Below, piece by piece: positions 1 to 8,363 of a stretch of DNA of 64,000 nt. The stretch comes from Bacillus subtilis subsp. subtilis str. 168. Its GTDB lineage: Bacteria > Bacillota > Bacilli > Bacillales > Bacillaceae. How positions within the stretch are numbered: the stretch's first letter is position 1; each line of letters starts with the position of its first letter. The stretch spans positions 682,001-746,000 of the forward strand of contig NC_000964.3 in assembly GCF_000009045.1 (NCBI RefSeq), written 5' to 3'. A model generated the notes under the pieces. It saw nothing but the letters and a program-made list of their open reading frames with translations. It was not told the origin of the DNA and made no database searches. Position numbers and translations under genes: made by a program.

Positions 1-362
1 GATTGATCGATGATCACAGCGGCTTGAATGTTATCATTCCCAAACTGATTGAGATAATCCCATACGACAAAAGCACCCATTGACCAGCCGGCAAGAACGA
101 CATGATCAAGCTCCATTGCATTTAGAAATTCCCTTATGTCACGGGCATATTGGGAAATGGTGTGGCCGTGAAGCACTTTGTCAGATTCGCCGTGTCCTCT
201 AAGATCAAGACGAATACATTGATAATTGGCAGAAAGCACCGAAAATTGTTTGTGGAAAAATTGTCCGCTCATCAGCACCCCATGTATAAACAGGATCGGC
301 GTCCCGCTCCCGTGTGTTTCATAGTAAAGGCGTGTCTGATCTTCTAATATGATGTATGGCAT
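1..362 (-). CDS. ydjP: Alpha/beta-hydrolase, 5' part only (runs off the window start)
   Basis: Not in the ORF track; read by hand on the minus strand. ATG at 362-360 follows AAAGGAGGAG. Translation [28 protein letters not shown]...DLRGHGES...[11 protein letters not shown] has the GxSxG nucleophile elbow. Confidence 0.9.
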
Positions 363-374
363 GTTTCTCCTCCT

Positions 375-1364
375 TTAGTTTCCATCATGAGTATGGCTGG
401 CTGCTGTTGAGCTGATGATGGCAGCTGTCGCGGCTGCCTGCTGCGCTTGAATGACTGTTTCGATAGCGGTGTATAGTCCTGATTCCATCAGCAGATTTTT
501 CTCCATATGCTCACTGAGATAGAGGCTGACAGCAATTTTAAAGTTCATTTCCTTTTGCCATTTAAAAGCTTTTTCCTGGTTTAATTCGTCAGTGATGCAC
601 AAAACGGTTTTGATATCTGGCTCTTCCAGAAATGTGAGGAGAGCAAGGTCTGGATAATGATAATCCTTTGTTTTTTTGACAGATTCAGTGATCGATTGAT
701 ATATCTGTTTGCAAGCGGAAACAAGCATTTCGGGCTCTTTTTCACTTTGCAAGGCCAGAATATGGCTGACCTGATGTAAGTACTGTCCTTTTTTAAAGCC
801 GTTGGCTGCCAGCAGTTGATAGCATGTTTCCGCCTTCTGTAGCGCCTGCAAACCTTTTCCGTTTTCTCCAAGCAGTACGGCAAGCGGAACATTCTGAGTT
901 GAAGTGAGGAAATAATGATTTTTCTTCATCTGCTGATAAACAGCTAGCCCCATGTTCATCTGTTCTTTTTGGTTTGTCGTTTCAGATTTGCCGGTGAGCA
1001 AGATCAGAGCGGAAAGGTATGTGAACATATCCCGCTTATACCCTAGCTTCACCATTTCATTGTATACATCGATGAAAGTCTGAAATGTTTGTTTTGCCTC
1101 ATGCTGAAAATGAATGTCCAGAATAGATGCAACAGTAAAGCGGTGGTGTGAATTGAGTGTTGAGAAGCTGCCGATGTTTGATTTGATATAGCTGCTCAAA
1201 TCATAAAAGCGCTGAAAATCAAACTCTCTTTTATTCACAATATATGCAGAAGAAATGAGCATTAATATCTGATCGTGTGAAACTTTCCATTTTAATTTTG
1301 TTTTTAATTCAGCATAAATGGAAATGTAATGCTTTGTTTTTTCATGTAGATCGTGTGTGAGCAT
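375..1364 (-). CDS. yeaA: Conserved hypothetical protein (DUF4003-like), 329 aa
   Basis: Long ORF with AAGGAG RBS; Ala-rich C-terminus; its stop abuts the ydjP RBS, implying coupling. Confidence 0.85.
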   Translation of the reverse strand: MLTHDLHEKTKHYISIYAELKTKLKWKVSHDQILMLISSAYIVNKREFDFQRFYDLSSYIKSNIGSFSTLNSHHRFTVASILDIHFQHEAKQTFQTFIDVYNEMVKLGYKRDMFTYLSALILLTGKSETTNQKEQMNMGLAVYQQMKKNHYFLTSTQNVPLAVLLGENGKGLQALQKAETCYQLLAANGFKKGQYLHQVSHILALQSEKEPEMLVSACKQIYQSITESVKKTKDYHYPDLALLTFLEEPDIKTVLCITDELNQEKAFKWQKEMNFKIAVSLYLSEHMEKNLLMESGLYTAIETVIQAQQAAATAAIISSTAASHTHDGN

Positions 1365-1396
1365 AAAAAGCAGCTCCTTTTGTTGTTTTTACGTAA

Positions 1397-1422
1397 TACG
1401 ATAAATAGGGCCAAAGGTTTCA
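1397..1422 (-). promoter_or_regulatory. ECF sigma (SigW-type) promoter for yeaA-ydjP
   Basis: Minus strand reads TGAAAC-N16-CGTA, an exact match to the SigW consensus, 32 bp upstream of the yeaA start. Confidence 0.8.
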
Positions 1423-1423
1423 T

Positions 1424-1455
1424 AAAGAAAAAACTTGCCTGCTAGAGGCAAGTTT
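1424..1455 (-). terminator. Intrinsic terminator of cotA
   Basis: Inverted repeat AAACTTGCCT (1431-1440) / AGGCAAGTTT (1446-1455), followed by a U-run on the minus strand. Confidence 0.85.
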
Positions 1456-1461
1456 GTCGGG

Positions 1462-3003
1462 TTATTTATGGGGATCAGTTATATCCATCGGTCTCATCAT
1501 GTCATAGTCTTCATGCTCTAGAATATGGCAATGCCATACGTATCGTCCGCTGTACGGACCGAATGTCGCCGCGATTCTCAGGACTTCACCTGCATGCGCT
1601 TGAATGGTGTCTTTCCAGCCCTTTTCACTTGGCGGCGGCGGGACAGCCGGACCGGTATAGGACAATTCCCCGCTTTCTTGATAACGGGCGATATCAAACG
1701 GCCGCCGGTCTAATACACGGAAGGAGACTAGATGCAGGTGGATCGGATGTGTTCCGCGTGTCGGGTTGATAATGGACCATATTTCAGTTGTGCCGACTTT
1801 TGGTGTTTCTGTGACGGGATCGTGCCAGCGTTTGTTATTAAGCAGAAGGACGGGTCTGCCGTATTCGTCCTGGGTGCCTGCCAGTTTTAACGTTCTGATG
1901 TTTTGTATTCTTTCATGCTGTACCGAAGGGTATGAGGCGAGGTACTTCGGCTTTCTGCTTTCGTCTTTTTGTGCCAATGGTTTTGTGACTCTGAATTGCA
2001 TGATATTCGCATCTGTTTCAGGATTGACGTCACCGCCGCAGCCCGCGCTGTTTGCCAAAATGATCGATTCTCCTTCATATGCTGTGAAGTCAATGATGAT
2101 ATCGTAACGTTCAGCAGGCGCAAGGCTGAAAGAATTCAGTTTAACAGATCGCGGCAGGAGCCCTCCATCTGAACCAATCTGAATAAAATCTCCGCCATTA
2201 TCGAGTGACAGGTTATAGGTTCTTGTATTGGAGGCGTTGATGACACGGAATCGGTATTTCCTTGGCTCGACTTCCAAGTATGGCCATACCTTCCCGTTGA
2301 CGAGTATGGTTTCTCCGCAAAAAGCCGGAACGATTGAAGGATTAGGCAGTGACGGAGAAGGGTTTTCCGGTGCGCTCGGATAAAACAAAGAACCATCCTC
2401 ATTGATCGTGCGGTCTGTGATAAGAAGCGGCACATCGTATTCGTCTGAAGGCAGTTTTAAGCGTTTTTCCTTTGGGTCATGAATGATATATGCACCGACA
2501 AGTCCGGCATAGACATTTAGCCTGGTGAGCGCCATGGCGTGATCGTGATACCACAATATAGCCCCGCGCTGCTGGTTTGGATAATGATAAACCTCTCTTT
2601 TGAAATAAGGTCCTGTTTGTTCAAAGTCTTTGGAAAACCAAGCCTCCGGATACCCGTCACTATCATCTGGCGTGACGCCGCCGTGTAAATGAACAACAGT
2701 CTTTACCTCGGGCTCTTCATGCTGGCTGTCACTGTGATGAATGGTGTGATCAATCGGAAGGAAATGCGTGGAAGGAAGGTTATTCATCCATTTTACATAT
2801 ACGTTTTCATTTCTTTTAACCTCAATGGTCGGTCCCGGAAATAAGCCGTTGTAGCCCCACAGGCGGGTTGGAGGGAGATCGCGATGGAGCTGATGAGTGC
2901 ATTCCTCCATGGTGACTTCGTAGTATGTTTTTTCTTTTGATTGCTGTACTGGCTTTAGTGTATCTGGGATTGGGAGAGCATCCACAAATTTTTCAAGTGT
3001 CAT
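1462..3003 (-). CDS. cotA: Spore coat laccase (multicopper oxidase), 513 aa
   Basis: Cu-binding motifs HLHG, WYHDH, HPIHLH and HCHILEHEDYDMM. The second ATG (3003) has better spacing from the AAGGA RBS than 3009. Confidence 0.97.
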   Translation of the reverse strand: MTLEKFVDALPIPDTLKPVQQSKEKTYYEVTMEECTHQLHRDLPPTRLWGYNGLFPGPTIEVKRNENVYVKWMNNLPSTHFLPIDHTIHHSDSQHEEPEVKTVVHLHGGVTPDDSDGYPEAWFSKDFEQTGPYFKREVYHYPNQQRGAILWYHDHAMALTRLNVYAGLVGAYIIHDPKEKRLKLPSDEYDVPLLITDRTINEDGSLFYPSAPENPSPSLPNPSIVPAFCGETILVNGKVWPYLEVEPRKYRFRVINASNTRTYNLSLDNGGDFIQIGSDGGLLPRSVKLNSFSLAPAERYDIIIDFTAYEGESIILANSAGCGGDVNPETDANIMQFRVTKPLAQKDESRKPKYLASYPSVQHERIQNIRTLKLAGTQDEYGRPVLLLNNKRWHDPVTETPKVGTTEIWSIINPTRGTHPIHLHLVSFRVLDRRPFDIARYQESGELSYTGPAVPPPPSEKGWKDTIQAHAGEVLRIAATFGPYSGRYVWHCHILEHEDYDMMRPMDITDPHK

Positions 3004-3120
3004 TTTCATCTGTCCTTATCTAAATTTTCCAAATTGGTACTATAGTTAATGACAATAAGGACGTGATGGTTACAAAAAATCTTCGTGCTGCAGCCCGCCC
3101 GAAGAAGAAAATAACAAAAT

Positions 3121-3142
3121 CCTAAACGGCAGGCCGTTTAGG
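3121..3142 (-). terminator. Hairpin downstream of gabP
   Basis: CCTAAACGGC-AG-GCCGTTTAGG perfect stem 12 bp after the gabP stop, followed by ATTTTG on the minus strand. Confidence 0.7.
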
Positions 3143-3154
3143 ATTTGATCAGCA

Positions 3155-4564
3155 TTAAGGCAGGATATCGGGTTGCTGCTGTGTGACTGGGTTGGCAGCC
3201 GCTTTCTCGCTCACCTTGCGTTTTCTGAACACAAGGTAAGAAATCAGAACGATTCCCGTGATGACGCCTGTCAGCAGCAGCTCGTCTCTCATGGAATCAA
3301 TAAACGCCATGGACACTAAAATTCCGCAAATGGCGATGATGGTCAAGTAGGTTAGGAAAGGGAAGAGCCACATTTTGATCTTCAATGCTTCTGGGTTTGT
3401 TTTTTCGAGTTTTTTCCGCATTTTCAGCTGGGAAACGGCGATGACAAGATAGACGAGTAAAGCGATTGCGCCTGATGAGTTGACTAAGAATAAAAAGACG
3501 GTATCCGGTGAAAAATAGTTCATTACGACCGCGATATAAGAGAAAAATGTCCCGGCCACAATGGCTTGTACGGGAACGCCTTTTTTGCTCAATTTCATAA
3601 AACGGCGCGGCGCTTCATTTCTTTCTGCAAGTGAATACAGCATTCTGGATGTGGTATACAAACCTGAATTCAGGCAAGAGAGTACGGCTGTGAGGACGAT
3701 AAAGTTCATAATCTGTGCGGCTGCGGGCACTCCTATATGCTCAAGTACAGCGACGAAAGGGCTTTCTAAAATATTTGCTGAATTCCATGGCAACAGCGCC
3801 ACGACAATGGCGATTGAGCCCACGTAAAAGACGATGATGCGCCATACAACGGATCTGGTGGCTTTTGTCACAGATTCGATCGGGTTGGATGTTTCCCCTG
3901 CTGCAATGGCAACGATTTCAGTTCCCATAAAAGAGAAGATGACAACGACAATGCCGAGCAATACGGAGCTGATGCCCTCCGGGAAAAATCCGCCTTTGCC
4001 TGTAAGATTCGAAAAACCGACTGGCTCACTGCCCGGTGCAAAGCCAAAAATAAAGGCAAAACCAACGATTAGAAAAGCAATGATAGTCACAACTTTAATG
4101 AGGGAGAACCAATATTCAAACTCACCGAAAGACTTAACGGAGTAGACGTTTGTCAGGGTGAGCACAATGGTCAAGATCAAACTTGTCAGCCACAGCGGAA
4201 TATCATGGAACCAGTATTGAATAATGCCAGCACCGGCAATGGCTTCGATCGCTATGACGATCACCCAGAAAAACCAGTACAGCCAGCCGATTGTAAATCC
4301 TGCCCACGGTCCGATGGCGTCGTGAGCGTATTGAGAAAACGATCCGCTCGTCGGGTTTACGGCAGACATCTCACCGAGCATTCTCATAATAAAAATCACC
4401 AATAATCCGGCTAACGCGTAAGAAACAACGGCACCCGGACCGGTCGAGTGAATCACTGAACCGCTGCCTACAAATAGGCCGGCTCCGATTACACCGGCAA
4501 TCGAAATCATTGTCATATGGCGGGTCTTTAATTCCTTTTTTAATCCTGATTGAGACTGGTTCAT
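3155..4564 (-). CDS. gabP: GABA/proline permease (APC family), 469 aa
   Basis: MISIAGVIGAGLFVGSG APC signature; about 12 hydrophobic segments; AGGAGG RBS. Confidence 0.95.
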   Translation of the reverse strand: MNQSQSGLKKELKTRHMTMISIAGVIGAGLFVGSGSVIHSTGPGAVVSYALAGLLVIFIMRMLGEMSAVNPTSGSFSQYAHDAIGPWAGFTIGWLYWFFWVIVIAIEAIAGAGIIQYWFHDIPLWLTSLILTIVLTLTNVYSVKSFGEFEYWFSLIKVVTIIAFLIVGFAFIFGFAPGSEPVGFSNLTGKGGFFPEGISSVLLGIVVVIFSFMGTEIVAIAAGETSNPIESVTKATRSVVWRIIVFYVGSIAIVVALLPWNSANILESPFVAVLEHIGVPAAAQIMNFIVLTAVLSCLNSGLYTTSRMLYSLAERNEAPRRFMKLSKKGVPVQAIVAGTFFSYIAVVMNYFSPDTVFLFLVNSSGAIALLVYLVIAVSQLKMRKKLEKTNPEALKIKMWLFPFLTYLTIIAICGILVSMAFIDSMRDELLLTGVITGIVLISYLVFRKRKVSEKAAANPVTQQQPDILP

Positions 4565-4650
4565 AAGTTACCTCCTTTTAAAATGCAATCATTACTGAAT
4601 ATTATGATAATTGAAACTCTATCATAAATATACAGTTTGTCGAAAATTCG

Positions 4651-4667
4651 TGTAAGAAAATATACCA
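4651..4667. promoter_or_regulatory. Probable TnrA box upstream of gabP
   Basis: TGTAA-N7-TACCA, one mismatch to TGTNA-N7-TNACA. It lies just upstream of a minus-strand TATGAT -10 at 4621-4626, the expected position for an activator. Confidence 0.5.
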
Positions 4668-4961
4668 GCTTATTTCAAATTTGTAGTGTTTTGTTTGCGC
4701 TTTCAGCGAATGTGTGGAAAAAATGTTTCGTTTTTTATTCGCTGTGTGATTTTGCGTAATATTTACAATTCGATAGAATGCGAGAAGCACTGGTGTCCTT
4801 GGGTTTGATGGGATTTTTGGCGGAGCAAATAAATTGGATGAGAGAAAAAGTGTTCCTTCGTCACTATTTTTCTGTGGCGGGTGAATCATGTTTCTGTAGA
4901 CCCACTGCGGATCAGCTTTGTAAGATAATAATAGGAAAATGTGAGCGAGAGGAGGTTTTGT

Positions 4962-5834
4962 ATGGAGAGATATGATGAACTGAAAAAGGGAGAATCCGGA
5001 GCGCTGGTCAGCATTGCCGCGTATCTAGTTCTTTCCGCAATTAAACTGATCATCGGTTATCTTTTTCACTCGGAAGCACTTACGGCAGACGGGTTAAATA
5101 ACACAACTGACATTATTGCTTCTGTTGCTGTGCTGATTGGCCTGCGCATCTCTCAAAAGCCTCCTGACGAAGATCATCCATACGGCCACTTTCGAGCGGA
5201 AACGATTGCATCGCTTATCGCATCGTTTATTATGATGGTTGTCGGACTGCAAGTGCTGTTCAGCGCCGGAGAATCTATTTTTTCTGCTAAACAAGAGACG
5301 CCAGATATGATTGCGGCTTGGACGGCAGCGGGCGGGGCAGTCCTGATGCTGATCGTTTACCGGTACAATAAAAGGCTGGCCAAAAAGGTGAAGAGCCAGG
5401 CGCTCCTTGCTGCGGCTGCTGATAATAAATCAGACGCATTCGTCAGTATCGGCACATTTATCGGCATTGTGGCTGCTCAATTCCATCTTGCTTGGATTGA
5501 TACGGTCACTGCGTTTGTGATCGGTCTGCTTATTTGCAAGACCGCATGGGATATCTTTAAAGAGTCATCTCACTCTTTGACAGATGGATTCGACATAAAG
5601 GACATTTCCGCTTATAAACAGACAATCGAAAAAATCTCCGGTGTGAGCCGTTTAAAAGACATAAAAGCAAGATACTTGGGCAGTACGGTTCATGTTGATG
5701 TGGTGGTTGAGGTATCGGCAGATTTAAATATTACGGAAAGCCACGATATAGCCAATGAAATTGAGCGGAGAATGAAGGAGGAGCATGCGATTGATTATTC
5801 GCATGTTCATATGGAGCCTTTAGAACAAAAATAA
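4962..5834 (+). CDS. mneS: Cation diffusion facilitator (Mn2+ efflux), 290 aa
   Basis: CDF motifs ADGLNNTTD, HPYGHFRAE, DNKSD and HVHMEP; GGAGG RBS before ATG 4962. Formerly yeaB; Mn specificity is from recalled literature. Confidence 0.88.
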   Translation: MERYDELKKGESGALVSIAAYLVLSAIKLIIGYLFHSEALTADGLNNTTDIIASVAVLIGLRISQKPPDEDHPYGHFRAETIASLIASFIMMVVGLQVLFSAGESIFSAKQETPDMIAAWTAAGGAVLMLIVYRYNKRLAKKVKSQALLAAAADNKSDAFVSIGTFIGIVAAQFHLAWIDTVTAFVIGLLICKTAWDIFKESSHSLTDGFDIKDISAYKQTIEKISGVSRLKDIKARYLGSTVHVDVVVEVSADLNITESHDIANEIERRMKEEHAIDYSHVHMEPLEQK

Positions 5835-5859
5835 TGGAGCTTCCTGTCACAGGAAGCTT

Positions 5860-6035
5860 CAGCGTGTCGACAAACCCTCGCATTCGTTGTCAGGTCTGCG
5901 CTTCGGTGCTCACGAATTAGAACATTCGCTCCGCTCCTATGCTCGTCCTTCCTAGACTTCAAGGGTTTTCAATCACGCTGAAAAGATGACAAAACCCTAA
6001 AATGAAAGCCATTTTAGGATTTTGTCAACAATCTG
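5860..6035 (+). repeat. Dispersed structured intergenic repeat, copy 1 (176 bp)
   Basis: Near-identical to 54146-54320 and to the reverse complement of 55371-55545. CAG...CTG ends; flanked by 23-bp direct repeats GAGCTTCCTG(T/C)CACAGGAAGCTT at 5837-5859 and 6036-6058. Confidence 0.92.
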
Positions 6036-6062
6036 GAGCTTCCTGCCACAGGAAGCTTTTTT
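6036..6062 (+). terminator. Intrinsic terminator (second copy of the duplicated mneS hairpin)
   Basis: AGCTTCCTG-CCA-CAGGAAGCT stem followed by a T-run; the first copy (5837-5859) lacks the T-run. Confidence 0.75.
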
Positions 6063-6183
6063 GTGTGTTTTGGCCAGCTTTATTGGTAACAATTTGCTAG
6101 AATCGTTTTTTTATACAGATTGCTTTTTGTGGTAAAGTTAGGTTACATTATGATGAATTTTGTAGATGACTAGGAGGAAAATA

Positions 6184-7146
6184 ATGGCATATCAAGAAGA
6201 CCTGCATCCTTTGCTGGGGAAAGCAGTTGAACATATTAATAGAGTAATGGTTGGAAAACGAGACATCGCCATACTCAGCTTAGCAGCCCTTCTTGCCAAA
6301 GGGCATGTGCTGCTTGAGGATGTACCCGGAGTCGGAAAAACGATGATGGTCCGCGCGCTGGCAAAGTCAATCGGCGCCGATTTCAAAAGAATCCAATTCA
6401 CTCCGGATTTGCTGCCATCTGATGTAACAGGGGTATCTATCTATAATGCGAAAACGATGGAATTTGAATATCGTCCCGGCCCAATTATGGGAAATATCGT
6501 GCTGGCAGATGAAATCAACCGTACCTCTCCGAAGACACAGTCGGCTTTGCTCGAAGCGATGGAAGAGGGGAGCGTCACGGTAGATGGCCATACGATGCAG
6601 CTTGCCGATCCGTTTTTTGTGATGGCAACGCAAAACCCGGTCGAATATGAAGGGACCTATCCTTTGCCGGAAGCTCAGCTTGACCGTTTTTTATTCAAAC
6701 TTCGGATGGGTTATCCGTCCTTTAATGAAGAGCTTGACGTCTTATCTCTTCAGGAAAAAAGCCATCCGATTGAGACGCTTGAGCCGGTTATTGCAAAAGA
6801 AGACTTCATCTTTTTACAGAGGGAAGTGCAAAATGTCCGTGCTGATGACAGCATTAAGGAATATATCGTTGAAATTGTGCAGAAAACGAGACAGCATCCT
6901 TCTGTTCAATTAGGCGTCAGTCCGCGCGGCTCAATCGCCCTCATGAAAGCGGCACAGGCATACGCGCTGCTGCATCATCGCGACTATGTCATACCGGATG
7001 ATATTCAATATTTAGCTCCTTTCACGCTGCCGCACCGGATGATGCTTCATCCTGAGGCAAAATTTGAAGGGATTCAGGCAGAAGCGATCGTAAGGGAGAT
7101 CATGTCAGCTGTGAAGGTGCCGGTTCAAAGGTCGGCGGTCCGCTGA
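6184..7146 (+). CDS. yeaC: MoxR-family AAA+ ATPase, 320 aa
   Basis: Walker A DVPGVGKT, RIQFTPDLLPSD, Walker B LADEINR and ATQNP motifs; AGGAGG RBS before ATG 6184. Confidence 0.93.
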   Translation: MAYQEDLHPLLGKAVEHINRVMVGKRDIAILSLAALLAKGHVLLEDVPGVGKTMMVRALAKSIGADFKRIQFTPDLLPSDVTGVSIYNAKTMEFEYRPGPIMGNIVLADEINRTSPKTQSALLEAMEEGSVTVDGHTMQLADPFFVMATQNPVEYEGTYPLPEAQLDRFLFKLRMGYPSFNEELDVLSLQEKSHPIETLEPVIAKEDFIFLQREVQNVRADDSIKEYIVEIVQKTRQHPSVQLGVSPRGSIALMKAAQAYALLHHRDYVIPDDIQYLAPFTLPHRMMLHPEAKFEGIQAEAIVREIMSAVKVPVQRSAVR

Positions 7147-8342
7147 TGAATAAGAAATGGCAATGGCTCGTATATGGTTGGAAGCTGATTATATTAACTT
7201 TATTGACGGCTGCTGTTTTTTCTTATGCGATGTTTCAGGGCGGCTTTGTCAGCTGGTTTTTGTTTTACGCGTTTCTCCCTTTTGTCTTGTATGCCGGGCT
7301 GTTGGCCTTGTATCCGCTCCGTTCTTTTCAGGCTTCAAGGCAAATGGATAAAACACAATTGCATGCGGGGGACAGGCTGGGCGTAACGGTTACGCTGAGA
7401 AGAAAGCTGCCATTTCCGCTGATGTATATGGTGATTGAAGATTGCCTGCCAGAAGGTATCGAGTCATTAAATCGAGACGGAGCCGCGGCCAAACGGCTCG
7501 TTTTTCCTTGGTTTAAACGGAGCATGACGATGTCGTATGAATTAGCTCGGGTACCGCGCGGAGAGCATCACTTTCATTCTGTCAGGGTGCGAACCGGGGA
7601 TGTTCTTGGCTTGATTGAAAAAACAGCATTTTTTGAGCTGGATGATACCTTGTTTGTTTATCCATTCTATCAGCGTTTTTCCTATCAGGTGAATGAGAGG
7701 CATCAGGAAGACGGTGTAAGCGGTTCTTCTCCTATTCATCAGCACCATTCCTCAGTCGCAGCAAGTGTGCGGAATTATCAGCCGGGAGACCGGTTTGCTG
7801 CGTTAGATTGGAAGACATCTGCACGGCGGAGCCAGCTGATGACGAAGGAATTTGAGCCTTCTCGCAGCAAAAATCTGTTTCTGCTGATGGACCGTTTTTC
7901 CTCAGACGCATTCGAAGAGGTCGTTTCAGTGACAGCTTCGATTCTTCATTCTGTTTTAAAAAACGGCGCGGGTGCTGGTCTGGCTTCCATCGGGAAGGAA
8001 AAAAACATTTTCCCTATTCAGGAAGGGGATCAGCATTTTAAGCACATGCTTCGGCATTTAGCCATCGCTCATTGTGATGCGGCAGACCCGATAAGCCGAT
8101 ATGCACGGGAAGAGCTGGGAAAGCCATCTGTTCGCCAAGCTGATCAAGTTGTTGTCACGGGACAGTTAACGGAAGATATGCTGCACCTCGCAGAAATAGG
8201 AGGCGGCCGGGTTACGGTGATACTGGCAAAAGAGAAAGATGCTGAGCTCTCTCAAGCTGAAAATGTCATGATTGAACGCATGATGAAACGCCAAATCAGA
8301 GTTCGGATCATGAGGGGCGGGCGAGTTTCGCGTGTTGTTTAG
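7146..8342 (+). CDS. yeaD: DUF58 membrane protein, 398 aa
   Basis: RGEH, VRNYQPGD, LDWKTSARR and LMTKEFE motifs typical of DUF58; two N-terminal TM segments; start overlaps the yeaC stop (TGATG). Confidence 0.88.
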   Translation: MNKKWQWLVYGWKLIILTLLTAAVFSYAMFQGGFVSWFLFYAFLPFVLYAGLLALYPLRSFQASRQMDKTQLHAGDRLGVTVTLRRKLPFPLMYMVIEDCLPEGIESLNRDGAAAKRLVFPWFKRSMTMSYELARVPRGEHHFHSVRVRTGDVLGLIEKTAFFELDDTLFVYPFYQRFSYQVNERHQEDGVSGSSPIHQHHSSVAASVRNYQPGDRFAALDWKTSARRSQLMTKEFEPSRSKNLFLLMDRFSSDAFEEVVSVTASILHSVLKNGAGAGLASIGKEKNIFPIQEGDQHFKHMLRHLAIAHCDAADPISRYAREELGKPSVRQADQVVVTGQLTEDMLHLAEIGGGRVTVILAKEKDAELSQAENVMIERMMKRQIRVRIMRGGRVSRVV

Positions 8343-8363
8343 AAAGAGAGGTGACTGGTTCAC

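Noticed and set aside
4602-4975. Short ORFs (95 aa minus, 65 aa plus) in the gabP-mneS intergenic region
   Set aside because: No convincing RBS or motif, and they overlap the AT-rich promoter/operator region. Not supportable from sequence alone, though a small gene cannot be excluded.
5837-6058. Direct repeat - spacer - direct repeat as a minimal CRISPR array
   Set aside because: Only two 23-bp repeats, the 176-bp spacer is itself a dispersed repeat, and no cas genes are present.
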